A stretch of 62,255 nucleotides of DNA, counting the filler. It is 7 parts of 7 records of this genome, joined end to end, with 100 filler letters (N's around TTAATTAATTAA, not from the genome) between each part and the next. Parts side by side here need not be neighbours in the genome. Positions count along the whole stretch, not along the records: positions 6,554 to 22,032 come from SRR31147125_26818; positions 22,133 to 27,677 come from SRR31147125_26837; positions 27,778 to 34,386 come from SRR31147125_26873; 4 more parts are not named here. One strand, written 5' to 3'. Position 1 is the stretch's first letter; every line of letters starts with the position of its first letter. This document shows positions 21,340 through 31,728 of this stretch, one piece after another. Made by a program: the position numbers and the translations under genes. The notes under the pieces are model-generated. The model saw nothing but the letters and a program-made list of their open reading frames with translations, ran no database searches and was not told where the DNA came from.

Positions 21340-22032
21340 ATGAAACGGTTCCTGCTCTGGGGTGTGGTTCTCATATCAGGGCTCATCTGTTTGATCGTTT
21401 TGTTTGCATGCGCATCCAGGGATAAGGCCCTGTTTTCTGAAACAGGCTGGCAAGAGGCCGTGGACGCGACCCGCATCCGGGACCTCTACGCTCCCCATGT
21501 ATCCGGAGGCCGGTTTTTCGCCCCGTGGATGAATATGCCGGACAAACGCTTTTTGGATGTACTGGGGTGGAAGCTATTTCCCGATACCCGCTATACCCGG
21601 GAGCAGAAAGCCTTTCTCCCCCGGGTGCTGCCGGATACGGCCCAAAGGCTGGCCAGGGCAAAGGGGGATTTTATCCTCTGGATCGGCCACAATACCTTTC
21701 TGGTCAGGGTCTGCGGCCGGTACTGGCTCACGGATCCCATTTTTTCCAAACGGGCCCTGCTGCCGGCCAGGAAAACACTGCCGGCGCTCACCCTTGCCCA
21801 GCTTAACACCCTGGTCCCGGCCCCTAATATTATTATTTCCCACAACCATTACGACCACCTGGACAAAGATTCCATGACCCGGCTGCCCCGGGCCTCCCGG
21901 GTATTTGTCCCCCTGGGGCTCAAAACCTTTGTCGAAAAAATGAACAAGCCCCATGTGAGGGAAATGGACTGGTGGGACCAAACAGACCTGGGAGACGGGG
22001 TGAAACTGGTCTGCCTGCCGGCCCAGCACTGG
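21340..22032 (+). CDS. MBL-fold metallo-hydrolase, RomA/NAPE-PLD-like (3' truncated)
   Basis: WIGHNT, LTDPIFS, SHNHYDHLD, PAQHW; N-terminal hydrophobic segment. Confidence 0.85.
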
Positions 22033-22132
22033 NNNNNNNNNNNNNNNNNNNNNNNNNNNNNNNNNNNNNNNNNNNNTTAATTAATTAANNNNNNNNNNNN
22101 NNNNNNNNNNNNNNNNNNNNNNNNNNNNNNNN
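22033..22132. other. Artificial contig spacer
   Basis: 44 N + TTAATTAATTAA + 44 N. Confidence 0.98.
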
Positions 22133-22846
22133 GGTGGCAGTATTTTCTGTAAATGTCTTGCGGGACAGTTTATAAAGGTTCTTAGTGATATTGGTGGTAT
22201 GGATATTGACGGGGTTGTTATTGAAGCAAGTGGAATCGCCAACCCTAAAGTGGCAAACGATATGTTTATTGAAACAAAACTTGATGAAGTCTTTGCTATA
22301 ACCTCGATTATAGCAGTTGTTGATCCACGTTCATTTCTCAAGCTCTGCAGAACCCTTCCTAACATCAAAGAACAGGTTGCTGCTGCTACTGATATTATCA
22401 TCAATAAGATAGATCTATTTGCCTCTGAGAAGGTTGAGGAGACAGAGAAGGCGGTACTTGAGATAAACAGTACTGCTGTGCTTACCAGAGCTTCTTTCTG
22501 TGAAGTTGATGTGGATGTGTTTGCTCAGAATACTGAGGTGACTGTCAGCGGTGAATATGCTGAATGTAAGGATCCTAATTTCTGTCAGGTTGTTATGCAG
22601 GTTGAGGGAAATGAGAAATGGGAGCTGCTTCAGCGGAAACTTGCTCTGCTTGGCGATGATCTTTACAGAGTAAAAGGAAGTATCAAACTATCTGAACAGG
22701 GGCTCATCAGGGTTGATTTTGATGGTGGGAAGTGGTATTCAGAAGAGGATAAAAGTGCTGCTGCGGGGCATGCAGGAGAGGTGGTTGTTATTGCTTCCGG
22801 GTTCAAGGAGGATATGCTCAAGTCTATTAGAAACCTGATTGCCTGA
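22133..22846 (+). CDS. CobW/P47K (COG0523) GTPase metallochaperone (5' truncated)
   Basis: Frame is open from the contig edge: GGSIFCKC, IEASGIANP, IIINKID, YRVKG. Confidence 0.85.
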   Translation, partial: GGSIFCKCLAGQFIKVLSDIGGMDIDGVVIEASGIANPKVANDMFIETKLDEVFAITSIIAVVDPRSFLKLCRTLPNIKEQVAAATDIIINKIDLFASEKVEETEKAVLEINSTAVLTRASFCEVDVDVFAQNTEVTVSGEYAECKDPNFCQVVMQVEGNEKWELLQRKLALLGDDLYRVKGSIKLSEQGLIRVDFDGGKWYSEEDKSAAAGHAGEVVVIASGFKEDMLKSIRNLIA

Positions 22847-23035
22847 GGGGCAGATGGTTCTTTACAGATTATATCTGTGTAGGTGTTTTAGCGGTAAAGC
22901 TGTTATTAAAAATGTATTATCGTTTGGATAATTTTTTTATATATCAGAGTGGATTATGGTGTTTGAGAGAGCTGTTTATGATAAATAGTTAACATTATAG
23001 TCTTGGAGATTAGAGAGAAAGAGAGAGAAGAGATT

Positions 23036-23665
23036 ATGGCTGAATTAGCTGAATTGACTGCTGCAGTTGAGAGTGGTAAGAGAAAAATTGTTAAGAAGAT
23101 TGTACCTGAATTTATCGATGCAAAGTTGGATCCTAGTGAAATCCTTGATGCTATGCTTGTTGCTATGAACAAGATCGGTGCAAGATTTAAAAAGAATGAA
23201 ATCTTTGTGCCGGAAGTGCTGATTGCTGCCCGTGCTATGAATACAGGAATGGAACTGCTTGAGCCTGTTCTAGTTGCATCAGGTCTTGCTCCAGAACACA
23301 AAATTGTTATCGGTACTGTCAAGGGTGATCTGCATGATATTGGTAAGAACCTTGTTGGCATGATGCTTAAAGGCGCAAACTATGAAGTGGTTGATTTAGG
23401 TAGTGATGTTGCTCCTGAAGAATTTCTTGCCAAAGCTAAAGAGGTCGGTGCTACAGCTGTTGCTCTTTCTGCACTACTTACAACTACCATGCCTGCGATG
23501 ACAGAAACTGTCAAGATCTTTAAGGAAGCTGGAGTTGAGGATATTAAAGTTATGGTTGGTGGTGCGCCGGTTACTCAGGCATTCTGTGACGAAATTGGGG
23601 CTGATGGTTATGCCCCTGATGCTGCAAGTGCTGTTGACTGTCTTCAGAAACTTATTTCTGCATAA
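23036..23665 (+). CDS. Corrinoid (cobalamin-binding) protein of a methyltransferase system, MtaC/MttC-like
   Basis: Cap domain FVPEVLIAARAM, DLHDIGKN, SALLTTTM, VGGAPV; ATG at 23036. Confidence 0.9.
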   Translation: MAELAELTAAVESGKRKIVKKIVPEFIDAKLDPSEILDAMLVAMNKIGARFKKNEIFVPEVLIAARAMNTGMELLEPVLVASGLAPEHKIVIGTVKGDLHDIGKNLVGMMLKGANYEVVDLGSDVAPEEFLAKAKEVGATAVALSALLTTTMPAMTETVKIFKEAGVEDIKVMVGGAPVTQAFCDEIGADGYAPDAASAVDCLQKLISA

Positions 23666-23701
23666 AAAGTATTACTCAAGTTAAAGTATTATATGTTCAA
23701 T

Positions 23702-23732
23702 AAAAGTCAGGCCTTTTTGGTCTGGCTTTTTT
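23702..23732 (+). terminator. Rho-independent terminator
   Basis: AAAAGTCAGGCC-TTTT-TGGTCTGGCTTTTTT. Confidence 0.7.
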
Positions 23733-23752
23733 ATAGTTATTGGTGTTGTTAA

Positions 23753-23786
23753 GAGATCACCACGGCGCTGTGCTTCTCGTGATGAC
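23753..23786 (-). repeat. REP-like element (GTCATTGCGAG...GCAATCTC family)
   Basis: Minus strand reads GTCATCACGAGAAGCACAGCGCCGTGGTGATCTC, between convergent genes. Confidence 0.5.
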
Positions 23787-23820
23787 TAGTATTGTTATTA
23801 ATCTTGAGTATTGTCTGGCT

Positions 23821-25353
23821 TTAGCGCTTGGAAAATATTGCTGGTAGCGGGCGTTTAATCTTGGTGAAAAAGAGCTCTGCCAGTCTTGAAATGCGTCTAT
23901 GCCAGCTTCTGGTTGTGATGAATGCTGTCGCAAAGGTGAGAATATAAATCAGCAGAGCCAGAATAATGTTTGCTAGATCGGACTGGAAAGAAAATATACT
24001 CTGGGCAGCATAGATACCGGTAATCATAAGAAGTGTGAGCGTGAATATTGGGGTAAATGTACCCAGTTGGTCTCTAAAGGAGACACTGCCGGTTCTGGAG
24101 CTATAATAGAGCATGATAGGGGTGCGTATTATGATGGTTGCCAGTGTATAGCTGATACTCATGCCGAGGATGCCGTATTGGAGTCCTATGATAAATGACA
24201 GAGCGGCTAGCAGGGAGGCGGAAAAAGTGAAGTAGAGGAACTCTCTGGCTCTGCCTTGACTCAGAAATAGCCAGCGGGCTGGGCTTGTCCAGGCTGTTGC
24301 AGCGCAGAGAATACAGAACCACGAAAATACTGGTGCTGCTGGCTGCCACTGTGTGCCAAGTAAGAGTGAGAATAGTTCATTGCTATTGAGAAATCCTATA
24401 CCGAAGAATGGTAAGAGAATTATCAATAGTGTCTCCTGAGCGAAAGTATAGTAATTGCGGTAACGCTCTGGCTCATCCTGCAGTTTGCTAAGGGTTGATA
24501 TAGCGAGATTATTGAGTGGATAGGCTATTTTGCGTATTGGGAGTATGGATAGATCAAAAGCTTTGGTGTACTGTCCTAGAAGAGATGAGGATAGATATCT
24601 GCCGATAAGCAGTTTATCCAGATTATTGGAGAGGTATTCACAGAAATTTGAACCTGTCAGAAAGCCACCGAAACTTAGCAGGTGAGAAGTCTTTATGGTT
24701 CTGTCTGGTAGACTCGGTATCCATGGGCAGTAGCAGAATGCCAGCAGGGTTGTACAGACAACACCAGTAAGCTCCATTATCACCAGTGACCAGTAGCCGA
24801 GTCCACTGATTGCGCAGACAAGAACTACTATTATACTGATGCCGATACTCAGAATTTGGATTATGGCAATTTCCTTATACTGTAGTCTGCGCTGTAGCAG
24901 GGCTACATGCTGGATAATCAGTCCTGAGATGGGAAATGTAAGAGATAGAATAAGCGTGATGCCGGAAAGTTCGGGGCGGTTGTAGAAGTGGGTTATCAGA
25001 GGTGCGCTCAAAGCTACAAGTATGCCGAGAATGAGGCTAATCGTGCTGTTATACCAGAATAAATTACTCACCTGCTGATGGGTTATATGCTTGCTCTGCA
25101 CTGTTGCGACATTGAGTCCGATATCTTTGAACATCTGGATGAAATTGGTAAGCACTGCCACCATCGCTACAAGACCATAGTCCGCAGGGGTCAGTAGGCG
25201 AGCCAGGATAATAATTGAGAGTATTCTCAGGGAATGCCCGCCGAATTGTCCGGCTATTATCCATATGCCGCTGCCAAGAGATTTTTCTTTCAGATTGCTT
25301 TCAGGTGTATTATCCTGAAAAAATTTGCTGTAACGTTTTGCTTTACTGCTCAT
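23821..25353 (-). CDS. Polysaccharide flippase, Wzx/WzxC-like (PST family)
   Basis: ILARLLTPADYGLVAM, many TM helices, NLDKLLIGRY...LGQY. ATG at 25353 preferred (ORF extends to 25386). Confidence 0.85.
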   Translation of the reverse strand: MSSKAKRYSKFFQDNTPESNLKEKSLGSGIWIIAGQFGGHSLRILSIIILARLLTPADYGLVAMVAVLTNFIQMFKDIGLNVATVQSKHITHQQVSNLFWYNSTISLILGILVALSAPLITHFYNRPELSGITLILSLTFPISGLIIQHVALLQRRLQYKEIAIIQILSIGISIIVVLVCAISGLGYWSLVIMELTGVVCTTLLAFCYCPWIPSLPDRTIKTSHLLSFGGFLTGSNFCEYLSNNLDKLLIGRYLSSSLLGQYTKAFDLSILPIRKIAYPLNNLAISTLSKLQDEPERYRNYYTFAQETLLIILLPFFGIGFLNSNELFSLLLGTQWQPAAPVFSWFCILCAATAWTSPARWLFLSQGRAREFLYFTFSASLLAALSFIIGLQYGILGMSISYTLATIIIRTPIMLYYSSRTGSVSFRDQLGTFTPIFTLTLLMITGIYAAQSIFSFQSDLANIILALLIYILTFATAFITTRSWHRRISRLAELFFTKIKRPLPAIFSKR

Positions 25354-25887
25354 TATGTGGTGAAACCTTTCTGAGCTAAATTTCAATTTTTATATAATTA
25401 AGAAAAATTATGTCTCTATCATAATCATATAATCTCACCCTGCAAGCTTTTACTTGTTGATAATTACCCAGTTATTTAAGAAATCATGGCTGCTGTTTAT
25501 CTTGAAAACTCTGCTTATTATCATATCATTTATATCAGTAATTATGATGTGTTGTAATTATACTGTAGTATAAAGTACAATGTTGTCAAAATACAGTTTG
25601 CAGTAAGTGGCATGTGTTTTTGTAGTTCTGTAATGCTACGGATAAGTTATGATTGTTATTTACTAATTCTTTGCTGTGTGTGAGTAATATTTGGTATTAT
25701 TGTTTGGTTTTATTTGGAAAAGATTATTTTTTTTATAAAATAAATGTTTTATTTGATTTTTTGTAAACATGGTATTATTCGTAAAATTATGGATAATATT
25801 TTTTATATTGTATTATTTGGGTGCTTTTGACTTGTGATATTTGCATCAGTTGATTTGACTAAATAAAAAATGTCAGGTATACTTCAG

Positions 25888-25912
25888 TCAGTACAGTACA
25901 GCACAGTACTGA
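25888..25912. promoter_or_regulatory. Putative GntR operator
   Basis: TCAGTAC-N11-GTACTGA palindrome built from CAGTA pentamer repeats, ~40 bp upstream of the GntR ATG. Confidence 0.55.
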
Positions 25913-25952
25913 TGGCGAGAGTTTGATTAGCAGAATAGAAAGAAAGATACCA

Positions 25953-26990
25953 ATGGGTGATAATGAATTTTTAGCGACTCTCGATCTTTTCAGAGCAGTT
26001 TCCAATGAACCAAAATATAAGCAGATTGTAGAAGCAGTAGTGCAGGGGGTTCGAGCCAATAAGTTTCATAATAGTGACAAATTGCCATCTATCAATATGA
26101 TGAGCAAGCATTATTCAATATCCAGAGATACTGTGCAGAAGGCATATGAACTGCTTCGTGAGAAAGGTGTTGTGGAGTCTGCTCATGGCAAAGGGTACAC
26201 GATAAGTAATGACAGCTATAATGAGGGTGTCAATGTACTGGTTATCTTTGATGTTCTCAATGCTTACAAAGAGAAGATATATAATGGCATAAAAAATACT
26301 CTTGCCTCTCAGACAGGTTCTACAGCAGTTGTGGATTTTTACTTTCATCATTATAATGATGATCTTCTTGAGCAATTTCTCCAGAACAATATTGGTAAGT
26401 ATGAATACTATGCGGTGATGTTGTTTGAGAATGAAAAAATTAAAGAGTACATTAAGTGTATCGAACCAGAAAAACTTCTTGCAGTTGATAGGTGTGTGGA
26501 TTATGCAGTTGAAGGGGCTTCGCGTATTGCTCAGGATCACTACAGTGAATTGATAAAAGTTCTTCGTCAGGGAAGGGATCTGATCAAAAAATATGATAAT
26601 TTTGTTCTCTGCTTTCCAAGGGGTTGTTATATTCCTGAGGTTATAAAAGACGGTTATCGTTTGTTCTGCAAAGAGAATGACTTCAAACCACAAATTATAG
26701 AGGACTTCAGTAATAAGGATGTGACAAAAGGAAGTGCTTATCTGGTGATTGAAGATTCTGATCTGGTGACACTGGTGAAATCTGCTAGAGAGAAAGAGCT
26801 GAAAGTGGGACAGGATCTTGGAGTGCTTTCATATAATGATACTCCTCTCAAGGAGATTATTGAAGGTGGAGTTACTGTTATCAGTATCGACTTCTATCAT
26901 ATGGGAGAGCTGGTTGCTGAGCAGATATTGAATCATAATATTGACTATGAATTAGTGCCGACCGAGCTGATAGAGCGTAATACTTTGTAG
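25953..26990 (+). CDS. GntR-family regulator with LacI-type sugar-binding domain
   Basis: PKYKQIV...KLPSIN...ISRDTVQKAY...GKGY wHTH; C-terminal GVLSYNDTPLK. Confidence 0.88.
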   Translation: MGDNEFLATLDLFRAVSNEPKYKQIVEAVVQGVRANKFHNSDKLPSINMMSKHYSISRDTVQKAYELLREKGVVESAHGKGYTISNDSYNEGVNVLVIFDVLNAYKEKIYNGIKNTLASQTGSTAVVDFYFHHYNDDLLEQFLQNNIGKYEYYAVMLFENEKIKEYIKCIEPEKLLAVDRCVDYAVEGASRIAQDHYSELIKVLRQGRDLIKKYDNFVLCFPRGCYIPEVIKDGYRLFCKENDFKPQIIEDFSNKDVTKGSAYLVIEDSDLVTLVKSAREKELKVGQDLGVLSYNDTPLKEIIEGGVTVISIDFYHMGELVAEQILNHNIDYELVPTELIERNTL

Positions 26991-27156
26991 GAGCCTTTTG
27001 GGGCAGCTCTTAGTACGGCTCTGTTTTATCATAAATTTCATCACAAATAATAATACTATTTTAGAAATGGGATGCCTCATTTCCGAGGGGAGTATTGTCT
27101 AATTTTTCAAGGTTTGTCTGTTGATAAGGGATATTTAGAAAAAGGTAAATTGTTAA

Positions 27157-27677
27157 ATGGCAAGTAAAGAGAGAGAGAAAACAGGAAGTTCAAAATTACA
27201 GCGGATTCTGCATTCAAAAGAATTGATGGTCTTTATGGTGCTGGCAGGTTTGTTTATTATCATGTCTATAGCCAGTCCGTATTTTCTTAAGAGCAGAAAT
27301 CTTTTCAACCTTATGCGTAACATGTCGACTATTGCCGTGGTAGGTATCGGTATGACGATGGTGTTGGTTACTGCTGGTGTTGATCTGTCTGTAGGTTCGC
27401 TGGTTGCTGTCACGTCCATGTTGATTGCGAGGCTGATGTGGATGGGATGGAATCCGGTTGTGGCAATAATTATTGGTTTTGCCTTTGGCGTTGTGCTGGG
27501 GATGATCAATGGTTTTCTTATTGCCAAGATCAAGGTTCCTCCTTTTATAACTACGCTCGGGATGATGAGTATTGCTAGAGGGATAACCTTCTTTCTGGCT
27601 ACCGGAATCAAAGGGGCTGTGGCAAGTAATATCTCTATTGAGTTTGGTTTTATCAAGTGGCTCGGCGGTGGCTATGT
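27157..27677 (+). CDS. Sugar ABC transporter permease, RbsC-like (3' truncated)
   Basis: GMTMVLVTAGVDLSVGS, KVPPFITTLGM. Confidence 0.9.
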
Positions 27678-27777
27678 NNNNNNNNNNNNNNNNNNNNNNN
27701 NNNNNNNNNNNNNNNNNNNNNTTAATTAATTAANNNNNNNNNNNNNNNNNNNNNNNNNNNNNNNNNNNNNNNNNNNN
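27678..27777. other. Artificial contig spacer
   Basis: 44 N + TTAATTAATTAA + 44 N. Confidence 0.98.
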
Positions 27778-27982
27778 TCCCGAGTGCTCGTATCGGGAAT
27801 CCAGGGGCGGGGGAGTTACAATGTTGCGTCAATGGTAAAAGTTTGTGTGTGGTAGGAAATGGCTTAAAATGCGTCGTACTCAAATGGGCCATTTAACGTA
27901 TTTTAAGGTGGGCTGCATTGATTTAAGGGAATTATTCGTAGCTTGTGCAATGGATTCCCGCTGAGAACGTGCGGGAATGGCA
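27778..27982. repeat. Inverted pair of ATTCCCG..CGGGAAT REP-like palindromes
   Basis: TCCCGAGTGCTCGTATCGGGAATCCAG at 27778 (truncated) and the oppositely oriented TGGATTCCCGCTGAGAACGTGCGGGAATGGCA at 27951-27982. Confidence 0.6.
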
Positions 27983-28008
27983 TGTTGGGTGCTTGCGAAC
28001 AGATCAGT

Positions 28009-28056
28009 CGAGGCGGAGCCTCGGGGCTGTATTCCCAGCGGGACGCTGGGAACGAG
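28009..28056. repeat. Second REP-like family (double hairpin ending GGGAACGAG)
   Basis: CGAGGCGGAGCCTCG followed by TTCCCAGCG-GGA-CGCTGGGAACGAG. Confidence 0.55.
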
Positions 28057-28064
28057 ATAATATT

Positions 28065-29161
28065 CTAAACTGCTTTCATCACAATCAAAGTCAAGTCATC
28101 ATGGGGAGGTGTGAGGCCGCGAAAGTTGGCGATGCCGGTGAGGATGTGTTCCTGGATCTTTTGTGCCGGTTCGTTGGAGACAGGCGGGATGAGTTGTTTA
28201 AGCAGGTTTTCACCGAATTCTTCTTTATCCTTGTTCATGGTTTCTGTCAGGCCATCGGAATAAAAGACCATAACATCACCTGGTTCGGGTTTGATTATTG
28301 TTTCCTCCAGACATTTGGCAAACGTTTCATTTTCCGTCAGGCCAATGCCTATTCCGTGTGGGATGATATCCTGGCATTCTTTCGTTTTGGACGAATAATG
28401 TATAACTGGCAGATGTCCAGCCCGGCACAGTCGAATAGCACCATCGTTGCTCAATTCTGCCAGGGTTACGGTGAAAAATATTTTTGACGGCAGGATGGTA
28501 TTCATTTTTTTGTTCATTTCAATGAGCATATCTTTTAAATCAAAAGAACCATTAAAAGAATGCATGATGGCCTGCACCTGTACCATATGCAGGGCGGCAG
28601 CCATACCTTTGCCGGAAATGTCACCAATAGCCACAGTCATGGAATCTGACTGGCCATCATGTTGTAAAAAGTCATAAAAGTCACCGCCCACTTCTCTTGC
28701 TGTTTCATTAAAAAAAGCAAGTTCGTAATGGGAATGTTTGGGCGCATTCTTGGGCATGAGTCCCAGCTGGATAGTTCGTGCTATTTCCAGCTCATCTTTG
28801 GCTGTTATTTTATCCGCCAGTTCAAAGGCGAGCAAAATGTTCAGCAAAACAAATCCGCCAAAAAGATAAATGGGTCTTAATGAAATAAGGCCCTCGAAAA
28901 AGAAGTATAGAGCAATCAGGTAAACGACACGCCGGGCTGGAGTTAATTTTTTCAAAAAAGCGATGAATAAATTTTTAAGGAGTACAATTCCCCTGATGAG
29001 CCGATTTTTTTATCAGTGGTTTTTTCAATGTCCTGTGTATAAAACTGAAAAATACTCGGCGCATCGCTTTTAATGAGGCGCTCAATTTCACCGGAACTGA
29101 GTTCACTGGTGAAGATTTTATAGTTTCTTTTGACTTTATTGAACCATTTTGGGGAGCCCAT
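28065..29161 (-). CDS. Membrane-anchored PP2C/SpoIIE (RsbU-like) phosphatase (frameshift at T7, 29005-29011)
   Basis: VGGDFYD, IGDISGKG, YSDGLTE, DDLT. Adding one A joins the 77-aa ORF (DKKNRLIRGIVLLKNLFIAFLKKLTPARR). Start 29161 or 29185. Confidence 0.85.
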
Positions 29162-29310
29162 TTTTCCCTCTTTTTGTTCATTCATAAATACACAAAATTT
29201 TTGCTAATAATAAAAACAAGTGCCTTAAGAAAAACGTGCACCTGTCTGCAAAATAAGAGTTGGTTTTTTCTTGCAGACAGGTCATTTAGTGTAAGAATAT
29301 TTTTGCTATA

Positions 29311-31728
29311 TTATTTTTTTGGAACCTCTGTTTTCTCTTTTGATTTTACTTTTCCGTTTGACCCGTCTGTAGAGATGTTTTCCGTAGACTTTTTCAATTC
29401 CTCTGTGTGTTTGTAGAATTCATCCAGAGTCATTTTGTGCAGGTAAATCAGACCGTGGGCGCCACGCAGTCTGGGATGTTCATTTTCATTAAAATACTCA
29501 CGACCCAGACATGTTTTCAGATGTTGATATTGTTCCACCATAATTTTTTGTGCCAGGCGTGAAAAAGGCCCGTCCAGTTCATAACTTGGGAATGAGGCGT
29601 CTCTTTGGGAACCAAATGCCTTATCAAAGGAACTTTCGAGTATGGCCATCGAATTGAGTGAAGCGGGGACAACGATATTAGCTTCGGATTGGTGAAAACG
29701 AAACCACACATTACGATAACCCCAAACTTCAATATTGTCTCTACCTGTTTCCTCCTGATAGAGCTTTAACGCTTTGGAGATGGCTTGCAGTACTTTATAA
29801 TGTGTATCAGGTCCACTGGCTTCAGGATCAAGGGCAACTGTCACAATGGTGGGATTAATCCTGCGCATCAAATCCAGAACAGGCATAACATCTCTGGTCA
29901 CTTCAGGTTCTTCGGTAAAAATATCACCTTTGTAAAAGCCCAGGCGGAGGTGATTGATGTTTTTACTGTTGAAACCAAGATATCCCCACAGAATATCTGC
30001 TTCCCATTCGCGGATCATGCCTTTTATTTGTTGAATATAAGCCAGGTCTTTTTTGCCGGGATATTGGGTGTTGAAATAGAGGAGCAATTCTGCAATGCGA
30101 TTTTTTAATTGTGACAAATTACTCTCTTCAAAAAGAAAGATGAGGTTACGCAGCATTCTTCGGGCATCACCCTCCTGCTTCATGGAGCGGCTATGAGCTG
30201 CCACGCCATCCAGATATTGATAGACATCCCGATTACGGCCCAGGTCATTGTACGGATCGAAATATCCTTCATTCAATAACTTTTGAAAAAGTGAGCTGTC
30301 CACATGTTTTTGTAAATTTTCTAACATGTTTCGTGCGTAGGTGTTGGTTACGGCATTGAAACCGCTGGTCATATAATTAAAATGATGCTGGTTACGTGGT
30401 GATCTGACAAGATGAACGATATAGGGATAGTAGCCTAACATGATATCATCATGATGGGGGGCTGTGTGCATAAATGTCTGATCTTCAATCGGCTCAAGGC
30501 CTTTGTGGATTTTAGCAATGATCTGCTGGCGAATCTTTTGTGTGACCGCTTTTGGAGTTGAATTTGTTCTTTTCAGTACTAACTTTGAGGAACGAATAGA
30601 GTCAAAGTCATCTTTGGTTAAGTGATGCAATCTTTTATTTTTATATTGAGCGAGATCTACCACAATTCTTTCAATTTCACTATCCGGTAAGGGATCAAGG
30701 GCTTTGACATCTTCGTACTTTCTTTCCACCAATAATTTAGCTGCCCCTTTGGTCACGTAAAAGCGGGCATTTTTCAGTTTCTGCAGAGCTGTAGCAGGAT
30801 ATACATTGGAGGGTTCTTTTTCAATAGCGTCTTTAACCACTTTGGCTTTTGCTTCTCCGGCAGCCAGGATAATCGCTACAGCCTCCGGATTCAACGTGAT
30901 TGTTGATAAGCCGATGGTAATAACCAGCCGATTTCGTGCGACTTCAATGCCGCCAAGATCAGAAGCAGCCGCGGCCTGGGTTTCATAGTTGGTTTGTATC
31001 AGACGTGTTGTTGAATACCGGTCCGAACTTTTGATGTTAAAAGCAATGTGTCCATCCGGTCCGATACCGCCAAGAAAGAAACCGATTCCTCCCAGTTCAC
31101 GGATCCGGTTTTCATATTCCGTACAATACTGATCTACATCATATATGACTTTTTCCTGCAATCTTTCGAGTTTGTCGTTTCCGAATCGTGTGCGCAGGGA
31201 AAGATCAACAAAGCCTTCCGGAAAAACGTCATTTGGGGTCATTCCCTTTGGCATACCGACGTTCCAGGCATTGATCAAAAGGGCCTTGTTTGGATCCAGG
31301 CCAAATTCGCGGATGTAAAATTTATTGATGTAATAATGAAAACTATTGTTTTGAGTTGGATTAATGGGATAGAATTCATCGATCTGAACAAAGGATAAGG
31401 ATTTCATATTGGGCTTTTTGGCCGGATCAATACCATTTTCTTCCAGGTCTTTTCTGGTAGCCGGTAATTGCCAGTTTATAAGGTAATGTTTGACCCATTT
31501 TATGAAATGTTCAGGCGTTTTACCTGTGGGCAGTGAAATTGTTCCTTCCGGATTTTGCTGCACCCATTCCAAAAACCGAAGTGCTGTCAGTTTCCCTAAT
31601 GACGGGAAATTATCTACTTCGATAACAGCAATTTTTTCTGTTGGCTCGTAGATGAATTTTCTGTTGCTGTGAAGCAACGCCCTTTTTTCTACCTGTGATT
31701 CCGTTGATTTTTCTGTTTTTGTACTCAT
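29311..31728 (-). CDS. nagB: Glucosamine-6-phosphate deaminase fused to a PIG-L/LmbE-like deacetylase domain
   Basis: LPTGKTP, IDEFYP, GGIGPDGHIAFN; C-terminal APHHDD and DPEASGPDTH. Confidence 0.85.
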   Translation of the reverse strand: MSTKTEKSTESQVEKRALLHSNRKFIYEPTEKIAVIEVDNFPSLGKLTALRFLEWVQQNPEGTISLPTGKTPEHFIKWVKHYLINWQLPATRKDLEENGIDPAKKPNMKSLSFVQIDEFYPINPTQNNSFHYYINKFYIREFGLDPNKALLINAWNVGMPKGMTPNDVFPEGFVDLSLRTRFGNDKLERLQEKVIYDVDQYCTEYENRIRELGGIGFFLGGIGPDGHIAFNIKSSDRYSTTRLIQTNYETQAAAASDLGGIEVARNRLVITIGLSTITLNPEAVAIILAAGEAKAKVVKDAIEKEPSNVYPATALQKLKNARFYVTKGAAKLLVERKYEDVKALDPLPDSEIERIVVDLAQYKNKRLHHLTKDDFDSIRSSKLVLKRTNSTPKAVTQKIRQQIIAKIHKGLEPIEDQTFMHTAPHHDDIMLGYYPYIVHLVRSPRNQHHFNYMTSGFNAVTNTYARNMLENLQKHVDSSLFQKLLNEGYFDPYNDLGRNRDVYQYLDGVAAHSRSMKQEGDARRMLRNLIFLFEESNLSQLKNRIAELLLYFNTQYPGKKDLAYIQQIKGMIREWEADILWGYLGFNSKNINHLRLGFYKGDIFTEEPEVTRDVMPVLDLMRRINPTIVTVALDPEASGPDTHYKVLQAISKALKLYQEETGRDNIEVWGYRNVWFRFHQSEANIVVPASLNSMAILESSFDKAFGSQRDASFPSYELDGPFSRLAQKIMVEQYQHLKTCLGREYFNENEHPRLRGAHGLIYLHKMTLDEFYKHTEELKKSTENISTDGSNGKVKSKEKTEVPKK

